From: Basidiobolus meristosporus CBS 931.73
Taxonomy: Eukaryota; Fungi; Basidiobolomycota
Length of the DNA stretch: 64,000 nt
Assembly: GCA_002104905.1 (NCBI GenBank)
Contig: MCFE01000441.1
Coordinates: 10,243 to 74,242, forward strand
Direction: 5' to 3'
The translations under genes were made by a program, and so were the position numbers. The notes under the pieces are model-generated. The model saw nothing but the letters and a program-made list of their open reading frames with translations, searched no databases and was not told the origin of the DNA. Shown piece after piece: positions 21,980 to 35,778 of this stretch; position 1 is the first letter of the stretch; each line of letters opens with the position of its first letter.

Positions 21980-24900
21980 ATGTCGACCTCACAGCCTCCT
22001 ACTAATCCGAATACAGAGAGCCTTGGAATGCTTGTCGACCCAGCTTACGAGCGAACTTTGCAAAATCGTGTTAAAGATTTACTCGGCTGGCGACATGATA
22101 AGTAGGTTTTTTCCTTTTGGCTCAAGACAGAGTCGGTTTTCTCAACTTTCTTGCTGGAAACAGTTTCCCTGGCAGTCAAGCATCTTACTTCGAAACTGCT
22201 CACCTAGAATATCTTAAAAGCGAAGATTACTTCGTATGTGAGCAAAACGACGGAATTCGTTGTCTTTTATTTACAACAATCACACCCAAGGGCCCTGCTA
22301 CCTTTGTGGTAAGTCCAAAGCCAAACTATACTTCATTATTGTCATCAATCGTCCAATTGGAATTCATTTCTTTATTCCTCCGAAGATCGATAGCAAGAAT
22401 AGTTTCAGGTATTTGTCTGCAGGCTTGCCTGTCAGAGATCAGCCCACTTTTCAGCATGAAACTTTATTAGATGGGGAACTGGTGATTGAAAAATCTGGTG
22501 ATCAGGTTTGCCGTATATTCATTCTCCTTGTTACCATATTTTTATTCACCTTGTCTTGTTATCTAGAAGCTCTACCGATACCTCATTTGTGATCTAATAG
22601 TCCTCAATAAGGTTTTAGTTGCGCACAAATCTTTCAACAACAGGCTTGGGGTATATCTACATTATGCTCTTCTATTTTAATTATATACTAATATTATCGA
22701 AAAGATGCTCAACCAAGAGGTGATACTCCCCTTCAATCGGATGATAAGTAACGACCCAAGTAAACGGCCACCATTCAAGTGAGAAGATCAACCTCGAGCA
22801 TTTTTAATGTGCAAGTTCTGATTTCCATTTTGATTAGACTGGAGCTAAAGAAGATGGAGCGATCATATGGCCTCAAGGTTGTATTAGAGCACAAAAATAA
22901 TGGGCTTCTGTTCACACCAGTTCGATCTCCATATACTTGTGGTCTGTCTCGGAAGCTGTGAGTATACCTACAAGGAGATAATGCGCCAATGACCCGTACT
23001 AATCAGATGTCCTATTAAAGTCTCAAGTGGAAAAACCCTCTATCTTACACGGCAGATCTCAAAATCAAAGTGACATACAACGTTGACCGGAAGCCAATTT
23101 ATTCAGTATTAGCGACGTGTAATTTGAATCACAAATTCTTGGATCACTTGCAGCTTGAACCTAGCTTGTTCACTGAGTATGTCACATGTTCTTATATATT
23201 AATGTTGATGTATTCATATTGATAATGTTTAGATGGCGCTCCTCACCTCCAGATGGACGGATCGCAGAGTTTAGGTATGACTCGACGTTACTTGCGTACA
23301 TAACTTTCATTTGATGCTTACATATGAATGTAATGTTAATTTAGGTGGGACTCACAATGGCCAGTGACTATTTTTGAGAAGGGCTACGCACCAAAAACTC
23401 AGAAAGGCGGTTGGAGGTAATACCTCATGGGTATAATGCGAGTTTAGGTCATTAACCCGATTCTAGATTTGTCCGTTTCCGAGACGACAAAGATACTGCG
23501 AACGAGGAGGAATTCGCCAAATTGGTTAGAGAAGGGATGCCAAACGCCGTACCAAGAGACGTGGTTTGTATAAAGATAGCATAAGCTTTTTTGAAATGAT
23601 ACTAAACGGAAAACGTCAAAAGCTCGAAAAACAGGTCGAGGAGATCCGTAGTAATTGGAAAATCCGCGAAAAATCTGGTATGCATCCGCCTAGCGGGCAG
23701 AGTGGAAGTTCGCACAGCCAACAAGCTTTACACGGATCCCACGAACGACGCCCTTCTTCAGATATTCCTGGTAACATTCCAAGAGAGTCCCCCTTACCTT
23801 CACCTCGACACGATCAGGGATTCAATCGTAGAAAAGGTTCTCATGATTCATCGCGAAAAGGATCTCAAGACTCGGTCAGTCGAAAAGGTTCACAAGACGA
23901 AACGGCTAAGAAAAGCTCGCCTCCTGAGGATCTTAATACTGGTGACAATGTAGCCCCATCGGGCTCTTCAGGCATCCCACCGGAGTCTCTAAAGCCAGAG
24001 AAATCTCCTACCAAACTTGTATTTCCCACATCTACGGAAGTTTCTCATACGCAAAGTGAGACCAAAAGCCCTAACGACGTCCAATTAGATCAACCAAGCG
24101 CTGATCTTCCGCCACAGCAAGGTGAAAAATCTTCTCAGTTGCTGCCTAAAGCTCCAACACCCGGTTCAGAAGCTCATTTGGAAGAGCAAAACGAGAAAGA
24201 ATCATCGACTCTAGCCACTGATATTGTAACCCAAAATCCAGATACGAATGCTACGATACAGCAAAGTCAAGATGCCGAGGTTACGAAAAAACCATCATCA
24301 CCTGAAGTAAGTACGCAATTCTGTGCGCATAATCTTGCATACAATCATTTAAAGCGTATTTTTTTTTAAATTTAAGCCATCCGCGTCCAATTCTGAGGTT
24401 GTTCCGCCACAGGGCATTAGTAAAAAAGAGGACGAGGCAATAATTCAAAGTTCTGACGACAAAGAGCTTAAGCCTGCCAAAATTGAGGATGATTCGTCCC
24501 CTCAACTTCAATCCGATTCAGTCTTGAAGCCGACTGAGAGCAATACGCTGGGTAAAGACAACTCTAGCCAGGAAGTTGCATCAAATGACAAGTAAGTTGC
24601 CGAACATTCTTATACAACATTCTTTTTGGATTCATATATTTATTAACCCATTGCAGACAACTAGCCCCTTTGGTAGTACGGCCCGAGAGTTCTGATAGCG
24701 TCACTGCACCTACAAAGGTGCAAAACCTAAATGCAGAGTCTACAGCTGTTGTTGAGACTATTTCAGCTACTGCGGAGAAAGATGCTTTCGAGGTGCTAGC
24801 AAGCAATCCAGAGCATCTTAAAGCCGTCCACGCAGTCGAGGCAAACGGTAATAATCACTTACCTGAAGTTACAGGTATTGCCGTTAAAAGGAAAAGCCTG

Positions 24901-26877
24901 GGAAACGAGAATCAGAATGAGCCACAAAAGTAATTGCCCATGAGATGATGCACAAGTATTGTAATTGTTTTTAACTTTAACCCCAATAGGCATAAGAAAT
25001 TATCTATCGATTCATCTCCTATTCAACGGGAACATACTAAGCAACAGCTGCAAAAAGATCCTGATCAGCGAAAGCAACAGTCTTCAGCAACATCTCTTTA
25101 CCAAAGCCCTATGTTCCAGCCGCAATTACAACCGATGAACCAAACGCAAATACAGCAGAATCAACAACCCAAAATTATACCAAATCAAAAGCAAGATCCA
25201 ATGTCAGATCCACATCATGGTTTCAGTAGAGTCGAGCCAGCAAAGATGGCGCAGTCGCCCAATCAGCGACCCGTAAGTTCTGCCGATACTCCAAGCACCA
25301 ACACTCGTATTTTTTCGGGACCACAAATTCTTTCATCGCGCGATCATGGCACCAAGAGTGAAGCTAATGTTGTTTCTGTTCAACCTGTTCATGAACAGAC
25401 CTCGGCTACTACAATTCCCCCGACTAAATCTGCTGTTTCATACGATACTCGCATTCACGGTGCCTCGCCAAATCTCTCAAGCCGCCCTTCGGTGGAAGCT
25501 CATTCTGGATCTGCCCCAGTACAAGATCCGTCGAGTCGTCGCGCATCAAGTGGAAATGAGACGTCGCTTCTAGACAGATTGTATAGAGTAGAGCCGTTAC
25601 CTACCTCGCAAACGAACACTCAGAGTATTTCACATTCCGTGTCTAACCCCGATGCTGCCCGATTGACTAGGGGTGTTCCAGGAACAGCTCAGCCTATACA
25701 AACTGACCAGCCACAAAAGTCTCCACATCAATATTTCTCGAGTCCAAGTCATCCCAGCTTCCAGCCTGGTGCAAACCTGAAATCAAATGAGCATCAAATC
25801 CGTAGAGACTCTGCATCAAACCCCGCATCTTTTGATCGGAATAGCAGCACGGGATACACACACCATCCAATTCCTAATTCACAAATCAATCCAATGCAGC
25901 CGACCTCAGATGTTCCGCAGGTTACTCCACAGTTGGGATACAATACTCCTAAAGAATTCCAGAGAGGCTCTCCTCGATATGGTGCAGGTTATGTTGCAAA
26001 TGACAAGCAACCTCGACACTCGATATCGGACATCCAACATCACCCAGTTCATTCTAAAGGAGCTATAAACAACGACAACAGAGAGGCCTTGCGCCGATCG
26101 ATGACATTTCCAAATATCCCAGGTGGATTGAAAAACGACACTTTCAATGCCAGTCCAACCGCCGCAAATCAACAATATGGGAAGCAGAGTATTAATATGC
26201 ATCCGGGTGAAGCGCACGAACGTGATAGCCGAGGATATAGGCCGCCGGTGGATGTCCCAGCCAGGCCATCACAGTATACTCCAATGATGGATTCTAATTC
26301 GCAAGCGTTAGGGAATAGATCACCGAGCCTTCTTCATCAAAACCCACTACCTGGCTATCCTCAACGAACTATGGCCGGTCGTTCACAAACAGTGCCCCAA
26401 AGCGCCCGTCCCCCAACTCAGCCATCTGGAATACAACATGTTAGCCAATCTAGTGCTTCTTCACAGTACCCTCCACCGTATGACCAAGCGGAGATACAAC
26501 GGAGACCACCCGCCCATTCAATGATGGCAATGCCCGGACAGTACTCGGTGTCAGCGTCGAAGTCACCCGGTTATAGACACTCCATTCCACATTCTCCTGG
26601 AGCCTCTGTTCAGAATTCACCTCAATTGGTGCCCACTAGGCAGGAAAATTGGCAGCCTATGAAGGATGTTAGTATTGCAGCAGGATATCCCCATCAATCG
26701 AACCCACAATGGCCGGGAACGCAATATCCTTATCATCCATCCGTACCAGTGTATAACTCGCAACCAATTCATTCTACCCCCTCGCAACCACGAAGCCGAA
26801 CGCAGTCCAAAGGAAAGCTAGATTTTATAATGAATTCTTCGGAAGAGGAGCCAGATTGGAGAAACACCCGACTATAA
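21980..26877 (+). CDS. mRNA guanylyltransferase (Ceg1)-like protein with inactivating motif changes plus ~1,000-aa low-complexity C-terminal extension; multi-exon
   Basis: FPGSQ; YFVCEQNDGIR (motif I K>Q); TLLDGEL; YLICDLI; HKNNGLLFTP; LLKWK; OB-fold GGWRFVRFRDDKDTAN. Exons continue in frame through 23566-24307, ~24399-24592, ~24657-24929 and ~24990-26877. Confidence 0.85.
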
Positions 26878-27239
26878 CTTGTTTGGTCATAAGTATGGCG
26901 GATCATATTATAATATTGTGAAAGGAATTTTGTACTTTTATGTAGCCTTCCTCATTCTTTCTCCAGCTGATTTTGTTCATTTAATTTCTCTCATTTTTGT
27001 TTTGAATTTCATTGCATCGGTCGCAGTTGTTAGTTTCTGATACACCCCATGTTAAATAGAATAGTTATGCCTTTTAGTGTGAAATAGCCCAGCATAACTT
27101 ATCCTCTCAAGAGTGCGCAGTTTTTGTATAAAAGAGCAAAAGGAGAAATTTCACCGAGCAGAAGCAAACATTCATTGGAAATTAAATTAGAAGGCAAAAG
27201 ATAGTCAACACCCGCACTTTTCAGAGACCATTGTCGGTA

Positions 27240-28203
27240 GTGCGAGATGACGCTTGCCACGGCGCTTTTTACTTTATCAAACACAAGGGTTTACTTCACC
27301 GGGTGCATCATCCCCTGAACTGACGCTTTGGATATCGAAATTGTTCCAAGCGAATACTGCGCCCAACCAGTCTATTGACGGCGTAGTAGGTCGCCTGGAT
27401 GGGATCGTGTCCGATGGCAGCGTCGGAAAGTACTTTCCCATCCACTCTGCGATCAGCTGCACTCTTATCGATCAGAGAGACGCTGGCGGTGGAAAGGATA
27501 TCACGACACTCTTTACCCTGTAGGTCTCGATCGCATCCTGGCTTAGACTCTGGTCACTAGCAAGTGCCAAAAGATCGCGTTCGGTGATCAGCTTTTTGGT
27601 GTCCGTAAGCTTCTTGAAGCTGGTGAAGAAGGTTTGAAATTCGGGGTCGTTGAGCACGATTGCAAGTTCATGAAGTTTGTATTTGAGCGCATTGCGCCCC
27701 GAATGTTTGCCTAGCACCAGATTGTTCGATGGGACGTCTACAAGCTCAGGGGTGCTGATCTCGTAGGTTCTCTTGTTTTTCGGTACTCCGTCTTGGTGGA
27801 TCCCCGATTCGTGGGCGAATGCGCTCAAACCGACGATGGCCTTGTTCGCTTGACTAGGCATCCCGCTTTTTAATACCACCAGTTGGGAAACACGATATTG
27901 AAAGGTGGTGTCGATCTTGTTGAACACTGGATAGCTATTTGGGCGGGTGCGGAGCGCCATCACAACTTCTTCCAGAGAAGTGTTCCCTGCACACTCTCCA
28001 ATCCTATAGATCGTCAATTCCACTTGACGGACCCCATTGGAGATGGCAGCCAGTGTATTGGCCGTAGCCAAACCTGGATCGTTCTGGTAATGTGCAGACC
28101 AGACGACCTTTTCGGATCCTCGAGTGTTTTCTCTTGGATAGTTGAAGAGCGCGCTATACTCCTCCTCTGGAACACAGATGCCGACCGTATCAGGGATATT
28201 CAA
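27240..28203 (-). pseudogene. 2-isopropylmalate synthase (bacterial-type LeuA) pseudogene fragment
   Basis: Begins mid-domain at NIPDTVG. HCHNDLG has decayed to HYQNDPG and GER to GEC; AFAHESGIHQDG and LGKHSGR are retained. The regulatory domain (DAAIGHDPIQATYYAVNRLVG; FDIQSVSSGDDAPGEV) is spread over three frames, implying two frameshifts. Confidence 0.85.
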
Positions 28204-29748
28204 TGTGGCGGCTCCCGCCTTTCACCCACTCTTATTCATCTTCTATCTATCGAAAAATCCCACTTCGTAGGGCATTTTGTGAGGGGAAGAGCCCGCCTAT
28301 AAATAGAAAATGGTGGTAAAGTGATCACGCTAAGTTATCCAAGATCGCTAGTGGAGATCAAGATTTGCGGGGATATCGTAACAAATACTAGGGATCTACA
28401 CTCTTGTTTGTTTATGCTAACCCACCCATCATTCATTGGATTAACTTTAATCGAACACCAATCCAAAATGTAGAATCCTGCTTAAGATTGACGTCCCTCC
28501 TGAACTCGGATTTTAACTGTTGAACGGATGATTGTGATGAGGTGCCAGGGTCAAGCAGAGGCAGTAAAATGGCGCCCACACACACACACTCCCACCGACT
28601 GAGGGTTTAGAAACGTTGCTCAAGATCCCTCAAAACTTTACCGGCAACTCCGCTAGATTCGAAGGCGAAAAAGGAGAAATAAACGTACCACGGAAAATCC
28701 GATACTTCGGTTTCTTCAGGATTCACTCATAACTTGAGCCCATTCATTCCGGTGACTCTTGACCAAAGAAATCTCAACTTAGGAATTCCCATTTCGGTTT
28801 CTGTGTAACTCCAGACTGCATTTAACCAACTATGTACCAGTGATGCCATAAACACAGAAAGTTCATTTGTGCTAGGCAATTTAGCCTTTACTCGACAGAA
28901 TGCTATATTACATATGGTGATGAACACTACTATCCCTGGCACTCAGAAAACCACTTACAGTAAATATCAGGTAATTGGTGTCGAGATAGTTCCACAGCGA
29001 GAAATCCATGTAGGGCGGAAGCAACTCAACTGTTCAAGAAACCTCTTTGTCGTGCTTGATTTGTAAAGCTCCATCGGTATTGATTTGGCCATATTTGTGT
29101 GTGTGAAAATATCCTGGATATCTAGACAGACCGAATAGCTGATTCATCTCGTTTGCTATCAGCAGGACTTTTCTCCTGCACAAAGTAATTTGTCCCCCTG
29201 AAGCGTTGGTGTCCGAATCGCTGCACTTGCTGATCCATGGCTCAAAAACTGCGACCGATGAGGGTTGTTACACCCGACATCCTATTGCTCCATGCCCTTT
29301 GGACCCTCAAACTCTCCACATATTGTTGCCATACGGAGGGTTATTCATGGACTTTACGACATACACTGCATGACCTTGACAAGTGTAAACTTCGTTGGAT
29401 TTCAGATGTCAACACCGCCACAGAGGAGCCTGCAGCCTCTGTATTGGAGACCGTGAGTGTGTGAACTTTCCAACGACCAGTATTGGCTTTGCGTGACCCT
29501 TTAACAAGACTTTTTTGGTGGTGTTAGCAAATAACCAATTAGGTAACTGTATCCTCGACCCCACATTTGTCGTCACATGCTGTCGAGATGGCTCTTCAAT
29601 TTGCCACATTTCTTTGATTGTGTGAAGTCCTCCGAAAGTGAGGGCCATCCTCAAATTCGTTTAAATACGAGACCTTGCCTCGGGGGATGCACCCAAATCT
29701 CCATCCGCACCTTCGTGAAGCCATTTTCGAACTCGCCTCTCTTTTCCC

Positions 29749-30501
29749 TTGCGCCCCCTCATACCGCCTGAGGTCTCCATCTGCGCCTTTCGAAACAGCA
29801 AGGCTAACATGTCCAGTCAACGTGCGTCGGTTGTTCTGACGCGGCCGTACAAATGCGACATATGCGACAAGGAGTTTGTGAGGCAGGAGCATGTACAAAG
29901 GCATAGACGAACCCACACCGGCGAAAAGCCATACCCATGCACCCACCCAGGATGCACCCGAAAATTCTCACGCTCAGACGAACTAACCAGGCATATTCGT
30001 ATTCATACAAAGCCCATAAATGTACTCGATCGAAAGCCACTACATATCCATTTGCATACCCCAGCCAGTCTAAATCCTTCATATTCCATCCCACTCATGA
30101 GAGATCCCCATTGTAGTAAGCCCTTCAAGCCAAAGCGCCCTTTGCAAGGGACAGGCACCACATTCATCCACCACTCCCACCCATCCCTGTCGCCTGGCAG
30201 TGTAGCACCATCTGCTCCATCGAAGGTGCCATCTCGTTTGTGTATATCGCGAGACCGCCAGCTTCTAAATGAGGCAGAGCCCAGTGTTCCAGAACCCAAC
30301 CGAAGGCCGCCGCCGAAACGTCCCTCCCCGTTTCCAGAGACGAAGCCAAAAAAATCCCTCAGACACTCCATCCACGCTAACCTGGATCGGGTATTTCAAT
30401 CCAGCTGTCCTGAGGAACGAGTCCTACCCCCGCTGTCCGGCGGTCTGAGCCCGCCCCCACTCAAAGACAGCACAAGTCGGTGGCTGCCTGTCTCTCTGTA
30501 A
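29749..30501 (+). CDS. creA: CreA/Mig1-type C2H2 carbon-catabolite repressor-like factor; 5' end uncertain
   Basis: [55 protein letters not shown] follows the CreA/Mig1 finger pattern; C-terminal VLPPL motif. Confidence 0.78.
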   Translation: MRPLIPPEVSICAFRNSKANMSSQRASVVLTRPYKCDICDKEFVRQEHVQRHRRTHTGEKPYPCTHPGCTRKFSRSDELTRHIRIHTKPINVLDRKPLHIHLHTPASLNPSYSIPLMRDPHCSKPFKPKRPLQGTGTTFIHHSHPSLSPGSVAPSAPSKVPSRLCISRDRQLLNEAEPSVPEPNRRPPPKRPSPFPETKPKKSLRHSIHANLDRVFQSSCPEERVLPPLSGGLSPPPLKDSTSRWLPVSL

Positions 30502-30801
30502 ACATTGCTTGATCCATAGAATTGGTCTTGTCGGTCGCAAGCCTGCTCTCTTTGTACATTGGTCGCCTGTATACAAATCGACAACGGAGCCTGCTGTGTA
30601 TACTGCTGGTAAATTCAAAACAATCCTCCTCCCAGATAGGGAATCCTTCATTGTACAAAGTCCACCACCACCCCTCTGCCTTGTCAAGAACTGGGAGAGC
30701 ACTCCACCCAGGGAACCAAACCATCCACAGAAATAAAGCAAAAGGTGAATTCAACCGAGACATTTATTCATGATCCAAGAGATGAAATTTAATGGCTGTA
30801 T

Positions 30802-32020
30802 TTAATCGGCACGCAAAACTTCCAAGAACTTCTTGCTGGTGGCGGTGTGAACCTTGGGTTGGTTCTTCTTGGTCTTGCCCAAGATCTCAGCACGCTTGAC
30901 AACCTTGGAGTAAGGGTTCAAACGGAGCATGACACCGTTGTTGCGAAGAGGGTTCTTCTTTTGAGCAACGGAGCGCTTTTGGTGCTTGGTTCCGGCGGCA
31001 CGGCAGACGGATTGGATCTCATCGGAGTTGATGATACGGGTAACATCGGGGTTGCTGATGATGTGAGCAGGAAGATCGTAGTCCTTCTTCAAGGAAGATG
31101 ACTTCTTGTAGGTACCGAAGAGGCTATCCAAAAGCTCGAAAGCACCTTGGGTCCAGATGATGAAACGACCGAGGTGAGCACCAGGAGCCAATTGGAGAAG
31201 GTTAAGACGACGAACGTTAACCAACTCGACACCGGGAAGGTTGCGGAAAGCACGGACAATACCGTTGTCCTCGTTGTAGACAACAAGGGGACCGCGTCTT
31301 TGTCTGTGGCGACGGTTTCTAAGCTTGCCCTTACCAGCGCGGATCTTGCGGCTGTTGGCAACCTTGACAACATCCTCATAGGCGTTGAGGGCCTTGAGAA
31401 GGGTGACGGCGTTCTTGGTCTTGGTGAGGGACTCAGCACCGTTGCCAATAACGAGGGGAACCTCCTCGATTTGCTCAATTCTGTGACCACGGGCCAAGAC
31501 CAAAGCAGGGATGGCGGAAGCGGCCAAAGCGGAGGCAGTGGCGAAACGCTTCTGGTTCAAGTTGGTCTTAACGTGCCACTTTCTCCAGATCTTGGTAGGA
31601 GCGAACATACGACCACCACGGCACATGTTACCGAAGGCAGCTTGTCCGGAACGGTGGGTACCACCACCACCGACACGAGGAATACGAGCAACAGCACGAC
31701 CAGTACCCCAGGACTCGGCAGAGGTTTGGTGACCAGCCTTGACGGAAACAGCGTAAGCTTGACGCTTGTTCTTGGCCATGTTGGTGTGGACGAAGCGCAC
31801 GATATCAGGGCGGATAGGGGCCTTGAAAACGGCGGGGAGGGTGACGTTGGCAATGGTGCCATTGCCAGACTCGGAGTAGACGTTAATGACAGGTCTAGCG
31901 GCCGCGGACTAATGAGCAATTGAAGATTAGGGCATTGAAGAGGAATAGGGAGAGATGGATGTGCGCTGAGCTCTATAGATGCAGTGGAAATGTGGCGTGA
32001 TCGCGAACCATACGTACCAT
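30802..32020 (-). CDS. RPL4: 60S ribosomal protein uL4; ATG exon 32018-32020, intron 31909-32017
   Basis: [12 protein letters not shown]...[43 protein letters not shown]. Confidence 0.98.
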
Positions 32021-33320
32021 CTTGAATCCTTGAGATGACAAAGCGGGTGGAATAAAAGGAAAGAACCGAAATGACCGTCCAATGCCTATTATACTTGGCG
32101 AATGTTGCTCCCTCGAGGATTGCCGCCAGAGCGAGAATGATTGGACGGGCAATTTTGATCAACGAAAAGAATAAAATTTTGTCGGGAAAATTTGCGTTTA
32201 CCCAGTGGCTCATATCATCTGATTTAACCAACATGAATGTGTTTAAGCTAGTATGGTGCTGGAGTATGAAGGCTACGATTACATATGGTTTCGACTGGTT
32301 GGCTGTTGACTAGGCATCACTTGGTGTATCTGGACAGAGACGCCACACTCGAACCGGTGTCGAGCAAGATTGGCTCGTCCTACGAATATCATCTCTTTAG
32401 CACTGACAACTTCAACCATATTTTAGTTCGCATTCACATTGCCATTCGTTTTAAATCAATGGAGATCATGGTTGCGGCATTATTTTCCAATCCATCTAAT
32501 ACAATTTTGGAGGTACTCTGATCTCGTTCATGGATCTTGATAGCGAAGAAAATAATAATAGGTCGGCGACTCTGGTCAGCGACTCTAAATATATATATAT
32601 GTGTCTATATCTGCAGATGCCATCGACCATGGATGTGGCTGAGTCGCTTAGGGTCTATGGTGGTTGTTGCAGCCAAAACAACATCAATTTGGAGGCAACG
32701 GTAGCAAAGGCATTGAGGGAGTTTATATACAGACAGTAGTAAATATTGCCTCGTCATTTCATGGGAACGCAATCCATAATATAGTGCGACATTTGACCGA
32801 AATTTGGAAAAGCATATATTTACGAACACCGGTGGAGCAGATACAATGGAGATGCATTCAATTGACCTCGGTGCTACTACAAATCAATAAATGAAAAGTC
32901 AGACTAACTGCCTGGTTTGGCAGTTGGCTTTGATTTGTGTTCCCTATAGTTGTCTGTAGATGAAGAACGTGAATGAGCTTGGCCATTGGGCCGTTGTGAA
33001 TATGACTGCCCTGAATATATTGGTGTAATGCCATTCTTAATGCGTTCAAGGCCTCTTTGTCCCCCTTTAATTCATATCCGCATTGTAAATCTCTGTGCCT
33101 TATTCAGAATTATCAAAGATCCTGGCTCTTGTTCCTCTTCGCTTCCGTTTCCTTGCCAAATTTCTTGGACTTGAGCTGTTTTGAGCTTTCGTTTCGACCA
33201 GACCTCAACAGCCTATATTGACCTCGGATAAAAGAGTGTGCTTCTTGTTCTCACAACACTGCCTTCTTCCACTTCAGGACTCTTTGAACCCTTCATTCCC
33301 CGGTACAACCGCCACATACG

Positions 33321-35778
33321 ATGTCAACGGTACCCTTGAAAAAAGGCTACTTGACAGTAAAAGAAGAAGGGATACGCGCCTGGCTATGGTCCAGAAGGTA
33401 TATGGTCCTTTGGGAGAGATCGCTGACTTTCCACAAAAATGAGGTACAGCCAACAACCCTCTCCAACTTATTTCATATCCGTCAGCCTTGCTTGGCTTCA
33501 AAAACTTTCGTTGTTTTCTGAGTAGTGTTGAGCCTTCCATCGAAATTAGAGAGCATAAAACTGACGGTCACCTTGGTTTTTGTTATTTCCAATTCATCCA
33601 GGAGACGCCGAGTCCGTTGGGCCTCATATTCATGAAGGAGATAGAGGGACTGAGCCGAAATGAGCTAAAGCCGTACAGTTTCGAGATTGTCACCCGAGAC
33701 AAGACGTATTACCTTGCGTGTAGAAACGACGAGGAGTTATATTCCTGGATGGACGCCATTTATTCGGTAATATGCACAATAGCTAGCATCCCCCACTCGC
33801 GCTAACAACATCTCATTCATGATTAGTACTCTCCGTTAATGACCGTCTCGAACCCTACCAATTTCCAACATCAATTCCACGTCGGCTTTGACTCGGTTAC
33901 TGGTGCTTTCACGGTAGATTGGTGTTGTAATGTAGCATATAGATACGGCGAATTTACCTGAATGTTGACACTAGGGACTCCCGGACGAGTGGACGAGGTT
34001 ATTGGCTTCATCGGCCATCACCAAGGAGGATTATTCAAAGAATCCGCAAGCAGTATTAGACGTATTGGAGTTCTATACCGAGAATCAGAAGGAAACTCAA
34101 GGTTACCCTGCGCTACCTCCAAACAAGTTGGCAGGGCTACTTCCTCAAGTAAAGCTACAGGTGCTATTGGAGTGGAAATCTGTTACTTACCCTATTGATT
34201 GTTAAAGCCACCAGGGAATCGACAACCAGCACCCAATCGCTTACCTACTGCGCCCAATAATAACAAGATGAACGGATATCCAACGCCGCCATCATCAGTA
34301 GGCCAATTCTTTGGGTCTTTCACAAGCGGAGATGTTTTAATGCTTCCTCTCCTCTAGTTCTCTAAGCCACCCACAGATATGGGCAATGTTCAGATGCATA
34401 GACCGTCTCCAAATCCAAATCCGAAACCGATACCAATCAAGCAACTTCCAATTAGACAGCCGCCTCAAAACCTGGTCCCCAAGCCAATTCCAGTGAGGCA
34501 GAATCCACAGGCAATTACCCGAGATGATGTTGACATCAAGCCCAAAGCAAAGCTCAAGGATCAAAGGTTATCCACGATGACCGAGCCGCAGATTATGGAG
34601 AGATTGAGTACGTTGTTCGTGACATGTTCAATAATTCACCGAGGCGTTGTTACGAGCGAAAAAGGATTTTCCATTTACAGAGTCGATTGTTTCTCGAGGT
34701 GACCCAACAAGCATTTATGCAAAGATCAAGAAGATCGGTCAGGGGTAAGGGTTATTGGCGATTTGCTGGTTCTCAAGCCACGCACTCATGGGTTCGCTTG
34801 CTTTAGGGCTTCGGGTTCGGTGTATGTTGCTCGGTCGTTATCTTCAAACCAAAAGGTGGCGATCAAGCAGATGGATCTTGGGCATCAGCCACGCAAGGAA
34901 TTGATCGTGAATGAGATTTTGGTGATGAAGGAGGCGCAACACCCAAATATCGTGAATTTCCTCGACAGTTTTCTCATCAACTACTCGGAACTCTGGGTGG
35001 TGATGGAGTTTATGGAAGGAGGCGCCCTCACTGACGTCATAGAGAACAACGCGCTGACAGAAAAGCACATCGCCACCATCTGTCTAGAGGTAAGTCCATA
35101 TTGTCCCAGCATTCTAGTAGCTACCTGAGCTCACCATCTTGTCAGACGTGCAAGGGACTGTATCACCTTCATAGCCAAAACATCATCCACCGCGACATCA
35201 AAAGTGACAACGTGTTACTAGATGCGCAGGGCAATGTGAAAATCAGTAAGCTTCTTTTCCCCACCTGGTCCCATCATTGCTAGATATTCATCATCGTTAT
35301 GCAACAGCTGATTTTGGCTTCTGTGCCAAACTCACCGAGCACAAAAACAAACGGGCCACCATGGTTGGAACACCCTATTGGATGGCACCCGAGGTAGTCA
35401 AACAGAAGGAGTACGGGGAAAAGGTGGATATTTGGTCACTTGGGATTATGGCTATTGAGATGATTGAGAACGAGCCGCCTTATCTTGACGAAGAGCCTCT
35501 AAAGGCATTGTATTTAATTGCTACCAATGGTACGCCCACTTTGAAAAAGCCGGAATTGCTAAGCCATGAATTGAAGAGCTTCCTGGCCGAGTGCCTCTGT
35601 GTCGATGTGAAAAGCCGAGCTGATTCGGCCGAACTTTTGCGGGTAATGTTGAAAGGGGAACGATTTTTTCCGGCAATTGATTAACGAAGCCGGTTTACTC
35701 TAGCACGATTTCCTTAGAAAAGCCGGACCTCTCAGCCATTTGGCTTCCCTGCTGGCATTCCGTAACGCCAATCCTTAG
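33321..35778 (+). CDS. CLA4: PAK-family kinase with PH and CRIB domains (Cla4/Skm1 type), multi-exon
   Basis: PH: KKGYLTVKE...WSRRYMVL...[16 protein letters not shown]: [16 protein letters not shown]. Kinase: [48 protein letters not shown]. Confidence 0.92.

Noticed and set aside
28525-28605. GTGATGA...CTGA pair resembling a C/D snoRNA
   Set aside because: No terminal stem, no rRNA complement I could recognise, and a (CA)n run inside; likely chance.
28720-29700. Short ORFs upstream of the creA-like gene
   Set aside because: No recognisable domain, with stops in all frames; may be a decayed fragment but it is unsupported.
30847-31923. Antisense ORFs (up to 258 aa) over RPL4, likewise 20532-21104 over RPS14
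   Set aside because: Shadow ORFs from strong codon bias in ribosomal protein genes.
32285-33050. Possible degraded spliced gene between RPL4 and CLA4
   Set aside because: Splice-like signals are present but there is no identifiable product.
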